Assembly (NCBI GenBank): GCA_951406725.2
Contig: OX597814.1
Location: 109,306,001 to 109,370,000 of the forward strand
Source: Octopus vulgaris
Taxonomy: Eukaryota
Direction: 5' to 3'
Length of the DNA: 64,000 nucleotides
The stretch's first letter is position 1. Each line of letters opens with the position of its first letter. This document shows, one piece after another, positions 52,371 to 64,000 of this stretch. A model generated the notes under the pieces. That model had not been told where the DNA came from, made no database searches, and saw only the letters and a program-made list of their open reading frames with translations. A program made the translations under genes and the position numbers.

Positions 52371-54627
52371 AGCAGTTCTATACCTTCTCCAATTTCTAAT
52401 CCTGTAATCCTAATTCTACACCTTCTCCAATTTCTAATCCTGGTTTCAAAATCTTGTTACAAGGCCAGAAAGTTCTGGGGAGTGAGGAAAGTTGATTACA
52501 TTGACCCCTGAAAGGACAAAAGGTAAAGTTAACCTCAGTGGAATTTGAACTCAGAACGTAAAGACAGACAAAATGCTTCTAACCATTTTGCCTGGCATGC
52601 TAACAATTCTGCCAGCTCACCATCTGACCAATGATAATAATAATCTTTTCTACTGGAAGCACAAGGCCTGAACTTTTAGGGGGAGCAGGGGCTAGTCAAC
52701 TACACTGACCCCAATGCTTGACTGGCACTTATTTAATCGACTCAAGAAAGGATGAAAGCCAAGGTTGAACTCAGGGCTGTATAGATGGATGATGTGCTGC
52801 TTGGCATGCTAATGGTTCTGCCAATTTGCAGCCTTCTAACTTTGAAATATCAAAGAAATACAAAGTAAAAAAACATTAACTGTTTTCAATCGTTTAATAA
52901 GTTTTAGTCTAATGAAATATCATATTTTTAACATAGCCACAAGGTCTGACATAGAGGAGAAAGGTACAGGGGTTAGTTGATTAAACTAACCCTACTATTT
53001 CGCAGGTGCTTTTATATTATTGACCCCAGAGGGATGAGAGGCAGTCTGCCTTAGTGAGATTTGAACACAGAATGTAAAGAGCTGCAAGAAATACCGCAAG
53101 GCATTTTATTTGACACTCCAGCCATTCTAACAATCCATCACCCTAAAAAGTCTAATTAATAATCAATTTTCAATTTCCAGTTGAATGTGTCATTAGTTAT
53201 TCTATATTGATTGATTAAATATCAGATGATTTCCAGCAGCCATTCATCACTGAACTAGAGTTTAAACATTCATGTAATCAATTGAATTTAAGTATTGATA
53301 ATATGTGTATGTGTGTATGTGTACATACACACTCACACACAATCAACATCATTTTAGGGCCCACCTTTCAAGGTATAGATTGGATGGAGCTTGCTGAGAC
53401 AGATTTTCAACAGCTGGGTACCCTTCCTGTCACCAAACTTTATTCGTTTCCAAGCAAGGTAATATTTCTCCATGGCCAGACATGTTCTCTCAGAAGATCA
53501 GAAATGAATGGCACTGCTTGGGATATTACAGTAACACTCATTTACAACTATCATGTGATGTCAACAGAAGCAGACACAAATACACACACACACAATCATC
53601 ATCATCTGATTTCCATGCTGGCATGGGTTCATCATCATTATCATCACCATCATTTAACATTTGTTGTCTATACTGGCATGAGTTGGACGGTTTGACCAGG
53701 GCTGGTAAGCTCGAAGGCTGCACCAAACTCCAGTCCGTTTTGGCATGGTTTTCTATGGCTAGATGCCTTTCCTTATGCCAACCACTCCAAGTGTAATGAG
53801 TGTTTTTACATGCCACCGGCACAGGTACCAATTTGTGTGACACCGGTATCTGCCATGACTGCAATTTTGCTCAGCTTGATGGGTCTTCTTCTCAAGCACG
53901 ACATAATGCCAAAGGTCTTGGCCATTGCCTCCCTGAGGCCCAACACTTCAAAGGAGCTTTTCGGACATACTTGCATATATATATATAATCAAAATAAGCA
54001 GTAAGGATATCCAAAGGTAATGCAGTATGATCGTTTCATGCAACTCCATTTAATTAAACAATGCAAGTATTACATCAGTTTTAAAATGCAGAGCAATCTT
54101 CAGCTGCATATAAATATAGAATTTAGTTAAATTTAAAAGATTCCTTTTTATAGTTATTCCATTTACCAACATCACAAAGAACGTAAGTAGGTAGACAGAG
54201 AAACAAGTTTCATCAACAAAATTCTGGTGCCTTTAACTTAAGTACCATATTCAACTAAATCTAAATTTTTACAGAACTTATATATAGATAGATACATAAG
54301 TATGTATATGTATGTGTCAAGGCATGTCATTTGTTTCCAGTCATCTGTGAAAAACGTCCAATCATGTGGAAATATTACCTTGCTTGGAAACATGTGAGGG
54401 TTGGTGACAGGAAGAGCATCCACCTCAACAAATTTCATCTGACCCATGCAAGCATGGAAAAGTGACGGTGAGAGCGATGATGGTGATGATGATGATGATG
54501 ATGATGATGATGAGGGTAGTTAGTGTTGATGCTGCTGCTGCTGATGGTGGCAACAGTCATGATATACAAATAAGATTATGTAGGGTTTAAGATACTGTTG
54601 ACATTTGTAAGCCACCAAATACATTAC

Positions 54628-54767
54628 CTGTTGCATAATGGCTATAAATTCTGAGAAAGACCAATTCAGTTGACTTAGCATCGTGTCAAGAAAACGGATG
54701 GCACGTTCACGATCTTCTCGTAACATTTCAGATAAAAGATCTTGAAACACTTTTGAAGGACACGGCT
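54628..54767 (-). CDS. RNF123: RNF123 exon
   Basis: KPCPSKVFQDLL...FLDTMLSQLNWSFSEFIAIMQQ; AG/GT. Confidence 0.95.
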
Positions 54768-55916
54768 CTGAAACACAAAGAAAAAGGGATTAACTAATTT
54801 CAATTAACTGATATTAATAAATTTTATGAGAAAATGACGGATCCTCAACATGATTGCTTGCTTTGTTAGTAATAGCAGCCAAATCTCTCTCAAATCACAA
54901 CCTACGGTCGTAAACAAAGAAAGAAAACATCATATTAGACCGATGGTTCTCAACTATTTTTTTTCTCTGTTTTACTCAGATTGGTCCTGGAAGATATTCG
55001 ATATTTAAAAAAATCTAATTAAACTTATAGAATTAAATATTTTTAGGAATGTATAAAAATATTGTTAAAATATTTGGTGATTTAAAGCATAGGCAATATC
55101 TTACACAAATTTTAACAAAAACATCTTATAACAGATCTCCAAAAGTCATATGAACCCCAGGTGAGAACCACAACATTAGATAATCTAAGACGTCCCTTAG
55201 AACATACAATGGCCACAGATAATTTATTCAGCTATAGTGTATCTAGAACTACACTATTCAATGTGTCCGTTACTTTTTAAAGATATAAAGGTGATGGTGG
55301 CACATGAAAAGCACCCACTACACTCTCAGAGTGGTTGGCGTTAGGAAGGGCATCCAGGTGCAGAAACCTTGTCAGATCAGATTGCCAGTCCTCAGTCAAC
55401 CCGTCCAACTTATGCCAGCATGGAAGGTGGATGTTAAATGATGGTGATGATGATGGAAGGTGTTATTTGAGGGAGATTTGGATACTGTTTTTAACAAGGT
55501 GAGTGACCACATAAAGACTCCCTTTAGATGTTTCTCTGAGACAATGGCTGTGATATTAAGGAGCTGGACTGCAAACAACATGAGCAAGGTTCTTTCCTCT
55601 ATTTATGCAGGTTTATTGAACAAATAAGAAAAATGCTATAATTAAGTTGAGAGCCAAAAGGATATGTAAGAGTGAAAAGCAACCAATCTGACAAAATAAA
55701 ATTCTGAGTTAAGAAAAAAGAAGCAGGTCAGAAATATGAGCGGTTTTGACAGATACAATACCATTCTTAGCTCCTTCCATAAGCAATGTAGTGGAGTGAG
55801 TTGGGGAGAGAGGAAGGGTGAGAGGAGAGAATGTGAGTGATGAGGAGGCATGCATTAGAAATGATGAATGATGGAGTGGAAATGACTGATCCTGGAAATA
55901 GCAGTATAAATGGTTT

Positions 55917-56340
55917 GTACATTATTTTCATTTGATGGATATTTGTCCTCATCTTGTTTGTTGTTAATATGTTTCAGCCTTTATCAGGTGTCTTGGGGAA
56001 ATTTTGAACCTGAGTTCTCATTCCTAAGGTATTTTTTGATGTTATTATTATTATTCAGGTCACTGTCTGGAATTGAACTCGGAATCTTGGGGTCAAGAGC
56101 ACGGGCTACTAACCCCAAGATTCTCAGTTCGATCCCAGACAGTGACGACAACGATGACGATGACAACATCGAAAAATACCTTAGGAATGAGAACCCAGGT
56201 TCAAAATTTCCCCAAGACATCTAATGAAGGCTGGAGGGTATATCAGCCGAAACATTCTGTTAACAACAAACAAGATGAGGACAGATATCCATCAAATGTA
56301 AATAATGTAGATAATTCCTCATCTCTTAAATACACAACTG
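55917..56340 (+). mobile_element. Inverted-dimer element, copy 5 (centre partly missing)
   Basis: Duplication taaatggtt(t/g)gta at 55907-55919 and 56341-56353. Confidence 0.85.
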
Positions 56341-56863
56341 TAAATGGTTGGTAATATAGAGACCAGAATGAGACGACTGGGCACAGCTGTTTGAATGCTG
56401 ATGATTTGGCATGGCTGACTGGGCATTTGGCCTGTTCTGGTAACAGCACTGTTTGGCATCAGAGGCAAATGTGCACACACACATACACAGGTGCAGAAAT
56501 ATACACATACTGATAGAGAGGGAGAGAGAAAGTTTATTAATCGAGTATGAGTGACATAAACACTCTTCCTCTCCTCACACACATATAAGCAGAGAGAGGG
56601 AGAGCAAGAGAGAGGTAAGGAGGAAGGGAGAGAACAAGAGAAACATACAAATGAGTCAGTGCCGAAATGTTCATGGGTGTTGTTAGGTAATTCTTCACAC
56701 CCAAGAAATACATTTTCATTCACAAACACAACAGCAGCAGCCAATACCACAACCACAACCAGCAATACCAGTGCCATTGCTCAGTATTACCAATATAGGT
56801 GACTTTATGAAATGGAAATGACAATGTTTTTAGGGAGCTATAAAGCTAAATAAATCCACTTAC

Positions 56864-56954
56864 TCTGAAGGCTTGCAACCCCTAATTCTGTCGTCTGAAG
56901 TTTGGAAGGAACAAGATGTGGGAGGTGTGTGTACCGGTAACCAAAGCCGCAACC
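56864..56954 (-). CDS. RNF123: RNF123 exon
   Basis: GCGFGYRYTHLPHLVPSKLQTTELGVASLQ; AG acceptor and GTAAGT donor. Confidence 0.95.
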
Positions 56955-57209
56955 CTGAAAAGTGATAGGTTTGTCACTGAACAGATTAGTTTCATATTTA
57001 ATAGGTCATTTCATACATACACACACACGCACACACACAAATGCATGAGGTCTCAGAATACATGAAAAATATTTATATAAAATTCCTTTTAGTTTATTAA
57101 TGGTTTTATGAGACATAAATTAGAGAAAATTTTAATATTTTCAAAATTTAATGAAAGCCATAATGTTTATTCACATAAATCCTGAAGGTTTCTATGGTTT
57201 CTTTTCATG

Positions 57210-57685
57210 TTAAGAACTATTATTATTATTGCCTTTGCACAGCTTCTAATGCTGGAGATGTACTATGGTGTCAGCTGTTCACTACCAGTGAGCTAAGGCA
57301 ACACCTCTTAGTTTTTGAGCACCTTCCAGAGTATTTGAGCAATTCCAAGCAGTGCTGTTTTCTTCAAGTGCTCCACCCTTATTGCAGCCCCTATTTGTTC
57401 CATGTACTTCTCAAGATTTTTACTCACTGTTCCCAGAGCTCCGACAATTATTGGTACTACTACCACCTTTTTCATCAACCACAGCTGCTTAACCTCCCAA
57501 GCTAACCTGTCATATCTCTTGACTTTTCTTTCTTCCTTATCGCATACCTTGTCAGCTGGGTCATGCTATATCTATGATCCAGCATCATTTACTTTCTTTC
57601 TCAATTAAGACTATGTCCGGTTTCCTATGCTCTATCTCATGGTCGCTCTGAATCATAAAATCCCACAGGATCTTTGCATTATCAT
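57210..57685 (-). mobile_element. Dong/R4-type LINE 3' fragment
   Basis: KILWDFMIQSDHEIEHRKPDIV motif; ends in (TAA)n on the minus strand. A related 3' UTR piece lies at 37030-37146. Confidence 0.8.
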
Positions 57686-57946
57686 TAAAAAAAAAAATAA
57701 TGCAATAACCACCGCTGCCACCACTACCATCACCATCATCAAGACAGTGAGCTGGCAGAATTGTTAGCACAGTGGGCAAAATGCTTAGCAGGATTTCATC
57801 TGTCTCTATGTTCTGAGTTCAAATTTCACCACAGACAACTTTGCCTTTAATCCTTTTGGAGTCAATAAATTAAGCTCAAGTGAAACACTTGGGTTGACTA
57901 ATCCCCTGCCCCAAAAACTTCAACCTTTGTGCCTTTAGTAGAAAGG

Positions 57947-58005
<59 letters not shown>

Positions 58006-58655
58006 TACTAAGACTGCAAGCTGGCAGAATTGTTTGTGTGTTGGACAAAATGCTCAGAGGTTTACTTTACATTCTGAGGTCAAATCCCACCATGATCAAC
58101 TTTGCCTTTGATCCTTTCAGGGGTTGATAAAATAAAATATCAGTCAAGTACTGGGGTTCAATATAATCAACAAAGCTGCTCATACAAAAATTGCTGGCTT
58201 TGAACGAAAATTTGAAACCAGAACTTGGTACAGCCTTCTGGCTTGCCAGTCTTCGGTCAAACCATCCAACCCATGCCAGCATGGAAAGCGGACGTTAAAC
58301 GATAATGATGATGATTAAAAAAGGTGGCAAGCTGGGAGAATTGTTAGCATACTGGGCGAAATACTTAGCAGTATTTCATCTGCCGCTACATTCTGAGTTC
58401 AAATTTTGCTGGGGTCAACTTTGCTTTTCATCCTTTCGGGGTCAATTTAACAAGTACCAGTTATACACTGGGGCGATGAAATCGACTAGCACCCCCACCC
58501 ACCAATTTCAGGCCTTGTGCCTTTAGTAGAAAGGATTATTATTATTATGATTAAAATATAATTATAAATATGATAATTAATAATACCATTGGTTATTCAG
58601 TTTAATTATGATGGTATGAGGAATAAGAGCTGGTGAAGAAAATATTTCAACTAAC

Positions 58656-58743
58656 CTTCCATATTCGGACCAAAATCCAGTTTGTCTGCGCCCAAGACCG
58701 ATTATCATAAGGTGCTGTAAGGTAGTGCATCATGCTCTTTTTA
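58656..58743 (-). CDS. RNF123: RNF123 exon
   Basis: KKSMMHYLTAPYDNRSWAQTNWILVRIWK contains the RNF123 signature WAQTNWILVR; AG/GT, phase 2/0. Confidence 0.95.
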
Positions 58744-59849
58744 CTGAAAAATATACATAGAATATATGTAGGGTGACATGCCGTGCTTGGGGAGACCTAT
58801 CAGCAATATCAAAATCAAATCAAATGGAAATTGTAGTTGTGAACCCCATGCCGGTAGCACATAAAAAGCACCATCCAAACGTGGCCAATGCCAGTGCCGC
58901 TTTGACTGGCATCTCTGCTGGTGGCATGTAAAAAGCACCCACTACACTCTCGGAGTGGTTGGCATTAGGAATGGCATCCAGCTATAGAAACACAGCCAGA
59001 TCAGATTGGGGCCTGGTGCAGCCTCCTGGCTGCCCAGACCCCAGCCAAACCGTCCAACCTATGCCAGCATGGAAAATGGATGTTAAACAATGATGATGAT
59101 GATGATGATATCATCACCATCATTTTATGTCTGCTTTCCATGCTGGTATGGGTTAGATATTTCAACAGGAGCCAATGGGTCAGAAGGCCAAGTCTTGCTC
59201 TAGCCCCCACTTACACACATTCACTACCCCCACCCTGAAAGGGCCACATACACACACCTCCCACTTTTACCCATCTCTGTACATGGATACTCTCCTGTAC
59301 ATGCACCCCCACCCCCAGACCACTTTCCCTTTTTAAATTCCCTGCCCACATACAACTGCCTTCTCCACTAGTGACTCCATCAGTTATGACAACAAAGTGG
59401 TCAAGTTGATCTGATCAACGGAATAGCCTGTTTGTAAAAATTAATGTGCAAGTGGCTGAGTACTCCACAGACACACATACCCTTAACATAGTTCTCAGGG
59501 AGATTCAGCATGACACAGAATGTGACAAGGCCAGCCCTTTGAAATACAAGTGAAACTCATATTTGCCAGCAGAGTGGACTGGAGTAACGTGAAGTAAAGT
59601 GTCTTGCTGAAGGACACACTGTGCCATTGGGCATCAAACGCATGACCTTATGATTGAGAGCCAAATAACCTTGACCTAACCACCAAGCCACATACTGTCT
59701 CACCTGGCTCCTAACCCCACCTTTTGAATTCATTTTGTTTCCCTTTTCCATCCAGTCACTTCTCTTTCACACTCCGCCTTTACTTTCCTTTTATACCCTA
59801 CAGATAAAGGACTAGTGTCCGAAACATCAAGACCTTCAAGTTATTAAGT

Positions 59850-60655
59850 TCATACTCATACTCGGCAGAGTGTAAGTACCTTGAGAGAAAAGCTGGACCT
59901 AAGAAGCATCAGTTGTGGTGTGCAAGAGAGACGTTTGCACTGGTATGGTCATGTGGCGAGAATGGATGAAGATAGTTGTGTGAAAAAGTGCCACACCCTA
60001 GCGGTTGAGGGAACCTGTGGAAGAGGCAGACCCAGGAAAACCTGGGACGAGGTGGTGAAGCACGACCTTCGAACTTTAGGTCTCACTGAGGAAATGACTA
60101 GAGACCGAGTCCTCTGGAAGTGTGCTGTGCGCGAGAAGACCTGGCAGGACAAGTGAGTGCATAACCCGTGGCCTTCTACATGGGATGGAGCCAGCCTACG
60201 TATGCATACCTTCCCTTCTTGGGACACAAAACTCTACTTGTGAAGACCTGTTGAGGCAAGTGAGGATCAGAATGGAAATCAATCAATGGAAATTGCAGAT
60301 GCGTTACCAGTGCCGGTGGCATGTAAGAGAACCTTCCGTTTCGCGACCGTTGCCAGCACCGCCCCGTTTCGTGTCCGTTGCCAGCCTCGCCTGGCCCTCG
60401 TGCTGGTGGCACATAAAAAGCACCATCCGTTCGTGGCCGTTTGCCAGCTCTGTCTGGCACCTGTGCGGGTGGCACGTAAAAAGCACCCACTACACTCATG
60501 GAGTGGTTGGCGTTAGGAAGGGCATCCAGCCGTAGAAACACTGCCAGATTTGACTGGGCCTGATGAAGCCTTCTGGCTTCACAGACCCCAGTAGAACCGT
60601 CCAACCTATGCTAGCATGGAAAACGGACGCTAAATGATGATGATGATGATGATGA
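59850..60655 (+). mobile_element. RTE LINE 3' end with complete 3' UTR and (GAT)n tail
   Basis: RRLHWYGHVARMDE...GRGRPRKTW; stop at 60156; the UTR is the most abundant repeat in the window. Confidence 0.92.
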
Positions 60656-61420
60656 ACATTTGTTAAAATGTGTCCCTCTGGTAATGTCTGCTTTAATTTT
60701 GAGTTCTGTGGCTGTGTGGCAAGAAGTTTGCTTCTCAACCACATGGTTCTGCTTACAGTCCCACTATGTGACACCTTGGGCAAGTGTCTTTCACTATAGC
60801 CTCAGGCAGACCAAAGCCTCGTGAGTGGATTTGGTAGGCGGAAACTAAAAGAAGCCCTTCTTTAGTGTTTGTGTGTGTGTGTCTTTATTTGTCCACCTCT
60901 CCAAACCACTTGATAATCAGAGTTGGTGGGTCTACGTCCCCATAACTTAGAGGTTTAGTAAAAAGAGACGGCTGATGGCATGTAAAAAGCACCATTTGAG
61001 CATGGTTGATGCCAGTGGCATGTAAAAGACACCCACTATACTCTTGGAATGTAGGCATTAGGAAGAGCATCCAGCTGTAAAACCTTACCAGATCAGATTG
61101 GTGTAGCCTCCTAGCTTGCCAGTCCTCAATCAAACCATCCAATCCATGCCAGCATGGAAAGCAGTCATTAAACAATGATGATGATGGAGTAAGTAGCAGG
61201 CTTTTAAAAAGTAGGTCACGAGGTCAATTCATTCAACTAAAAATTCTTCAAAGTGGTGCCCCAGCATGGCCACAGACTAATGATTGAAACAAGCAAAAGA
61301 TAAGATGACTGTAAACACACACACACACACACATGTATACATACATAAGAAAAATCAAATCAAATCATCATCATCAAACAACGATGATGAATAAAATAAG
61401 GTAGAAAAAAAAAGGCAAAC

Positions 61421-61508
61421 CTTTCCAAAGGTAAATCTTCTAAGACTTCAAGAGAATAAGGAAAACAAGCAAAGCATGCCAAGGCTTGTGTTATATTGTC
61501 CCGTAGAT
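61421..61508 (-). CDS. RNF123: RNF123/KPC1 E3 ligase internal exon (first in window; gene starts beyond the right edge)
   Basis: DLRDNITQALACFACFPYSLEVLEDLPLE resembles RNF123 '[20 protein letters not shown]'; canonical AG/GT. Confidence 0.88.
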
Positions 61509-61608
61509 CTATAAAAGAGAAATAATGAAGTAAATGACAAGAACAGGTTTGTTGCAGAGACACAACAAAAGAGTTCAATTTAAAACAGTCACTCATAAAT
61601 TGAGAAAT

Positions 61609-61655
<47 letters not shown>

Positions 61656-61708
61656 TAATAATAAATAATAATAATAATAAATAATAATAATAAATAATAA
61701 TAATAATA

Positions 61709-61762
<54 letters not shown>

Positions 61763-61788
61763 TATAATAATAATAATAATAATAATAA
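61609..61788. repeat. (TAA)n microsatellite
   Basis: About 180 bp of near-perfect AAT repeats. Confidence 0.95.
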
Positions 61789-61800
61789 TGATGATGAAAA

Positions 61801-63219
61801 ATGACAGAAACATCTAACGTTAATCTTGACCAGCAGAATGTCATAAAAGAACTAGACCCAGCGGAGAGCTACAAGTACCTAGGGGTAATTGAAGGGAATG
61901 GAATAAAGCATTCAGAGATGAAGGAAAAGATCAGGAGAGAATGTTATCGAAGAGTGAGAGCAATACTCAAGACAGAGCTGAATGCAAGAAACAGGATCGA
62001 AGCGATCAATGCATTAGCCATACCAGTCGTGACTTACAGTTTCAATATCGTTAACTGGTCAATTACTGAAATATGTCAGCTCGACAGAAAAATAAGAAAA
62101 CTGTTGACAATGCATAGAATGCACCACCCTAAGGCAGATACAGAACGACTTTATCTGCCAAGAAAAGAGGGAGGCCGTGGTCTTTTGCAACTGGCAATAA
62201 CAATGAAGATTGCTACAATTGGCCTAGACACCTACCTGAAAAAGTCTGAGGATAGGATGTTAAAACTTGTCTCAAAACATGAAAACAAGAAAGCATCATA
62301 CTCAGTAACAAAACAGGCAAAGGAATATCTAAGTGAATTCCGAATACAACAAATTTCGGAATTAGAGATAGACATACAAGAAACAAGCACAGAAAAAGCT
62401 AGGCGCATGAAAACCCGTGCCAAAACTGCGGCCTTAGATATTCTGAATAATAAATGGCAAGAAAAACCTCTCTATGGCAAATACCCAAAGAGAGCGAATA
62501 ATGTAGATATTGACAAAGCCCTGACCCATCAATGGCTAATGGCCTCTGGCTTAAAATCTGAAACAGAAGGGTTTATCATAGCAGTTCAAGATCAATGCCT
62601 ACCAACAAGAAACTACCAGGCCAACATATTAAAGAACGGCAGTAGCCCAACATGTCATGTATGCCAACAACAAAATGAAACCATTGATCATGTAGTCTCC
62701 AAATGCAGTCTTCTAGTGCCTACAGAGTACCTCAACAGGCATGATAGAGCTGCACAATATATTCACTGGGTAATTTGCAAAAACCTGAATTTGCCCCATG
62801 AAAAAAACTGGTGGGAACACAATCCACCTCCAGTGCTTGAAAATGACCACATCTCACTCCTCTGGAACTTCACCATTCAAACTGACAGAAAGATAGATGC
62901 AAATAGGCCAGACATCATATTGAAAGACTTCAGACAAAGAACATGCCTCCTCATTGATATGACTGTACCAATCGATATAAACGTATTTGTCAAGACCTAT
63001 CAAAAACTGAGCAAATATAAAGATCTTGAAATAGAAATCAGCAAAATGTGGAACCTGAAGACTAAAACAATACCTGTTGTCATAGGTGCCCTGGGAATGA
63101 TAGCGAAAGGGGCTGATTGCTACCTAACTCAGATACCAGGAAACCCCAAAATGGCAGAAATTCAAAAGATAGTGCTCATGGGAACTGCTCATATCCTACG
63201 CAAAATACTCTCTATGTAA
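61801..63219 (+). CDS. 5'-truncated ORF of a Dong/R4-clade non-LTR retrotransposon (end of RT, CCHC zinc knuckle, restriction-like endonuclease)
   Basis: Uninterrupted 472 aa: YKYLG, LYLPRKEGGRGL, CHVC..ETIDHVVSKC, RHD, RPD..IDM, KLSKY. 3' UTR to about 63416, then (TAA)n. Confidence 0.92.
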   Translation: MTETSNVNLDQQNVIKELDPAESYKYLGVIEGNGIKHSEMKEKIRRECYRRVRAILKTELNARNRIEAINALAIPVVTYSFNIVNWSITEICQLDRKIRKLLTMHRMHHPKADTERLYLPRKEGGRGLLQLAITMKIATIGLDTYLKKSEDRMLKLVSKHENKKASYSVTKQAKEYLSEFRIQQISELEIDIQETSTEKARRMKTRAKTAALDILNNKWQEKPLYGKYPKRANNVDIDKALTHQWLMASGLKSETEGFIIAVQDQCLPTRNYQANILKNGSSPTCHVCQQQNETIDHVVSKCSLLVPTEYLNRHDRAAQYIHWVICKNLNLPHEKNWWEHNPPPVLENDHISLLWNFTIQTDRKIDANRPDIILKDFRQRTCLLIDMTVPIDINVFVKTYQKLSKYKDLEIEISKMWNLKTKTIPVVIGALGMIAKGADCYLTQIPGNPKMAEIQKIVLMGTAHILRKILSM

Positions 63220-63696
63220 TCCCAAGGTTTAAAACAAACTTTTTTTTTTTTATTTATGTATTAGACATTCACTAATACAACACCAAAAAAAAAAAAACCA
63301 AATATATGGCACACTAGGCATAACAACAACGTGAACTTCCAACCTGTTGTCTCTTGAGGTCTCTGGGTGAGACTTGGAGCCAACTTGTACAGACATAAAG
63401 CAAAAGTCAAACATAGAATAATAATAATAATAATAATAATAATAACTGTCACTACTAATAATAGTAATAATAATCCTTTCTAATATAGGCACAAGGCCTG
63501 AAATTTGAGGGGAGGAGCGACTAGTCGATTACATTGACCCCAGTGTTTTACTGGTACTTATTTTACCGACCCAGAAAGGATGAAATGCAAAGTCGACCTC
63601 AGCAACAGGCGAAATACCGCTAAGTCTTTTGTCCAGCGCGCTAACAATTCTGCCAGTTTGCCATAATAATAATTAATAATAATAATAATAATTAAG

Positions 63697-64000
63697 GCCA
63701 ATAGGCCGGATATATTTGTCAGAGATCATCAAGACAAAAAACACTTTCTAATTGATGTATCAATGCCAACCAATGACAATGTTTCTCTGTAAGAAATGGA
63801 GAAACTTTCAAAATACAAAGACCTGGAAATAGAGGTAAATCGAATGTAGAATCTAAAAACAGAAACAATTTCTATCATTGTAGGCACATTAGGTATGATA
63901 AAAAAATATTCAGACAAATACATAATAAAAACACCAGGACTAACAAGTATACATAACATACAGAAAATAACAATATTATACACTGCACATATCTTACGTA
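63697..64000 (+). mobile_element. Second Dong/R4-type endonuclease fragment, decayed
   Basis: NRPDIFVRD..LIDVSMP..KLSKYKDLEIE with stops; preceded by TAA repeats. Confidence 0.85.

Noticed and set aside
61589-61844. Poly-Ile/Tyr/Leu ORFs (also at 17659-17923 and 57929-58111)
   Set aside because: Translations of (TAA)n and (TA)n microsatellites.

Overview
AT-rich, repeat-dense eukaryotic genomic DNA, not prokaryotic. The SINE/LINE repertoire and gene style point to a cephalopod, most likely Octopus (inference). Two spliced genes converge. On +, a complete 5-coding-exon PEX26 orthologue spans 5352-20111 (289 aa). On -, the last 11 exons of RNF123/KPC1 run from 61508 down to 39794 and end in the RING finger. 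The rest is introns, UTR and intergenic DNA filled with tRNA-derived SINEs, RTE and Dong/R4 LINE pieces, Tc1/mariner relics, Helitrons, MITEs and microsatellites. Most ORFs in the supplied track are spurious. The most notable feature is a five-copy family of ~0.4-0.5 kb elements, each flanked by a 9-14 bp target-site duplication. Each is a head-to-head inverted dimer of a tRNA-like Pol III head plus a minimal type I hammerhead ribozyme with a palindromic helix III, as in Penelope-like elements. A possible second family has the same design. Separately, a 5S rRNA relic and a tRNA-Gln relic are each fused to the same SINE 3' tail. All calls are by eye; repeat boundaries are approximate.
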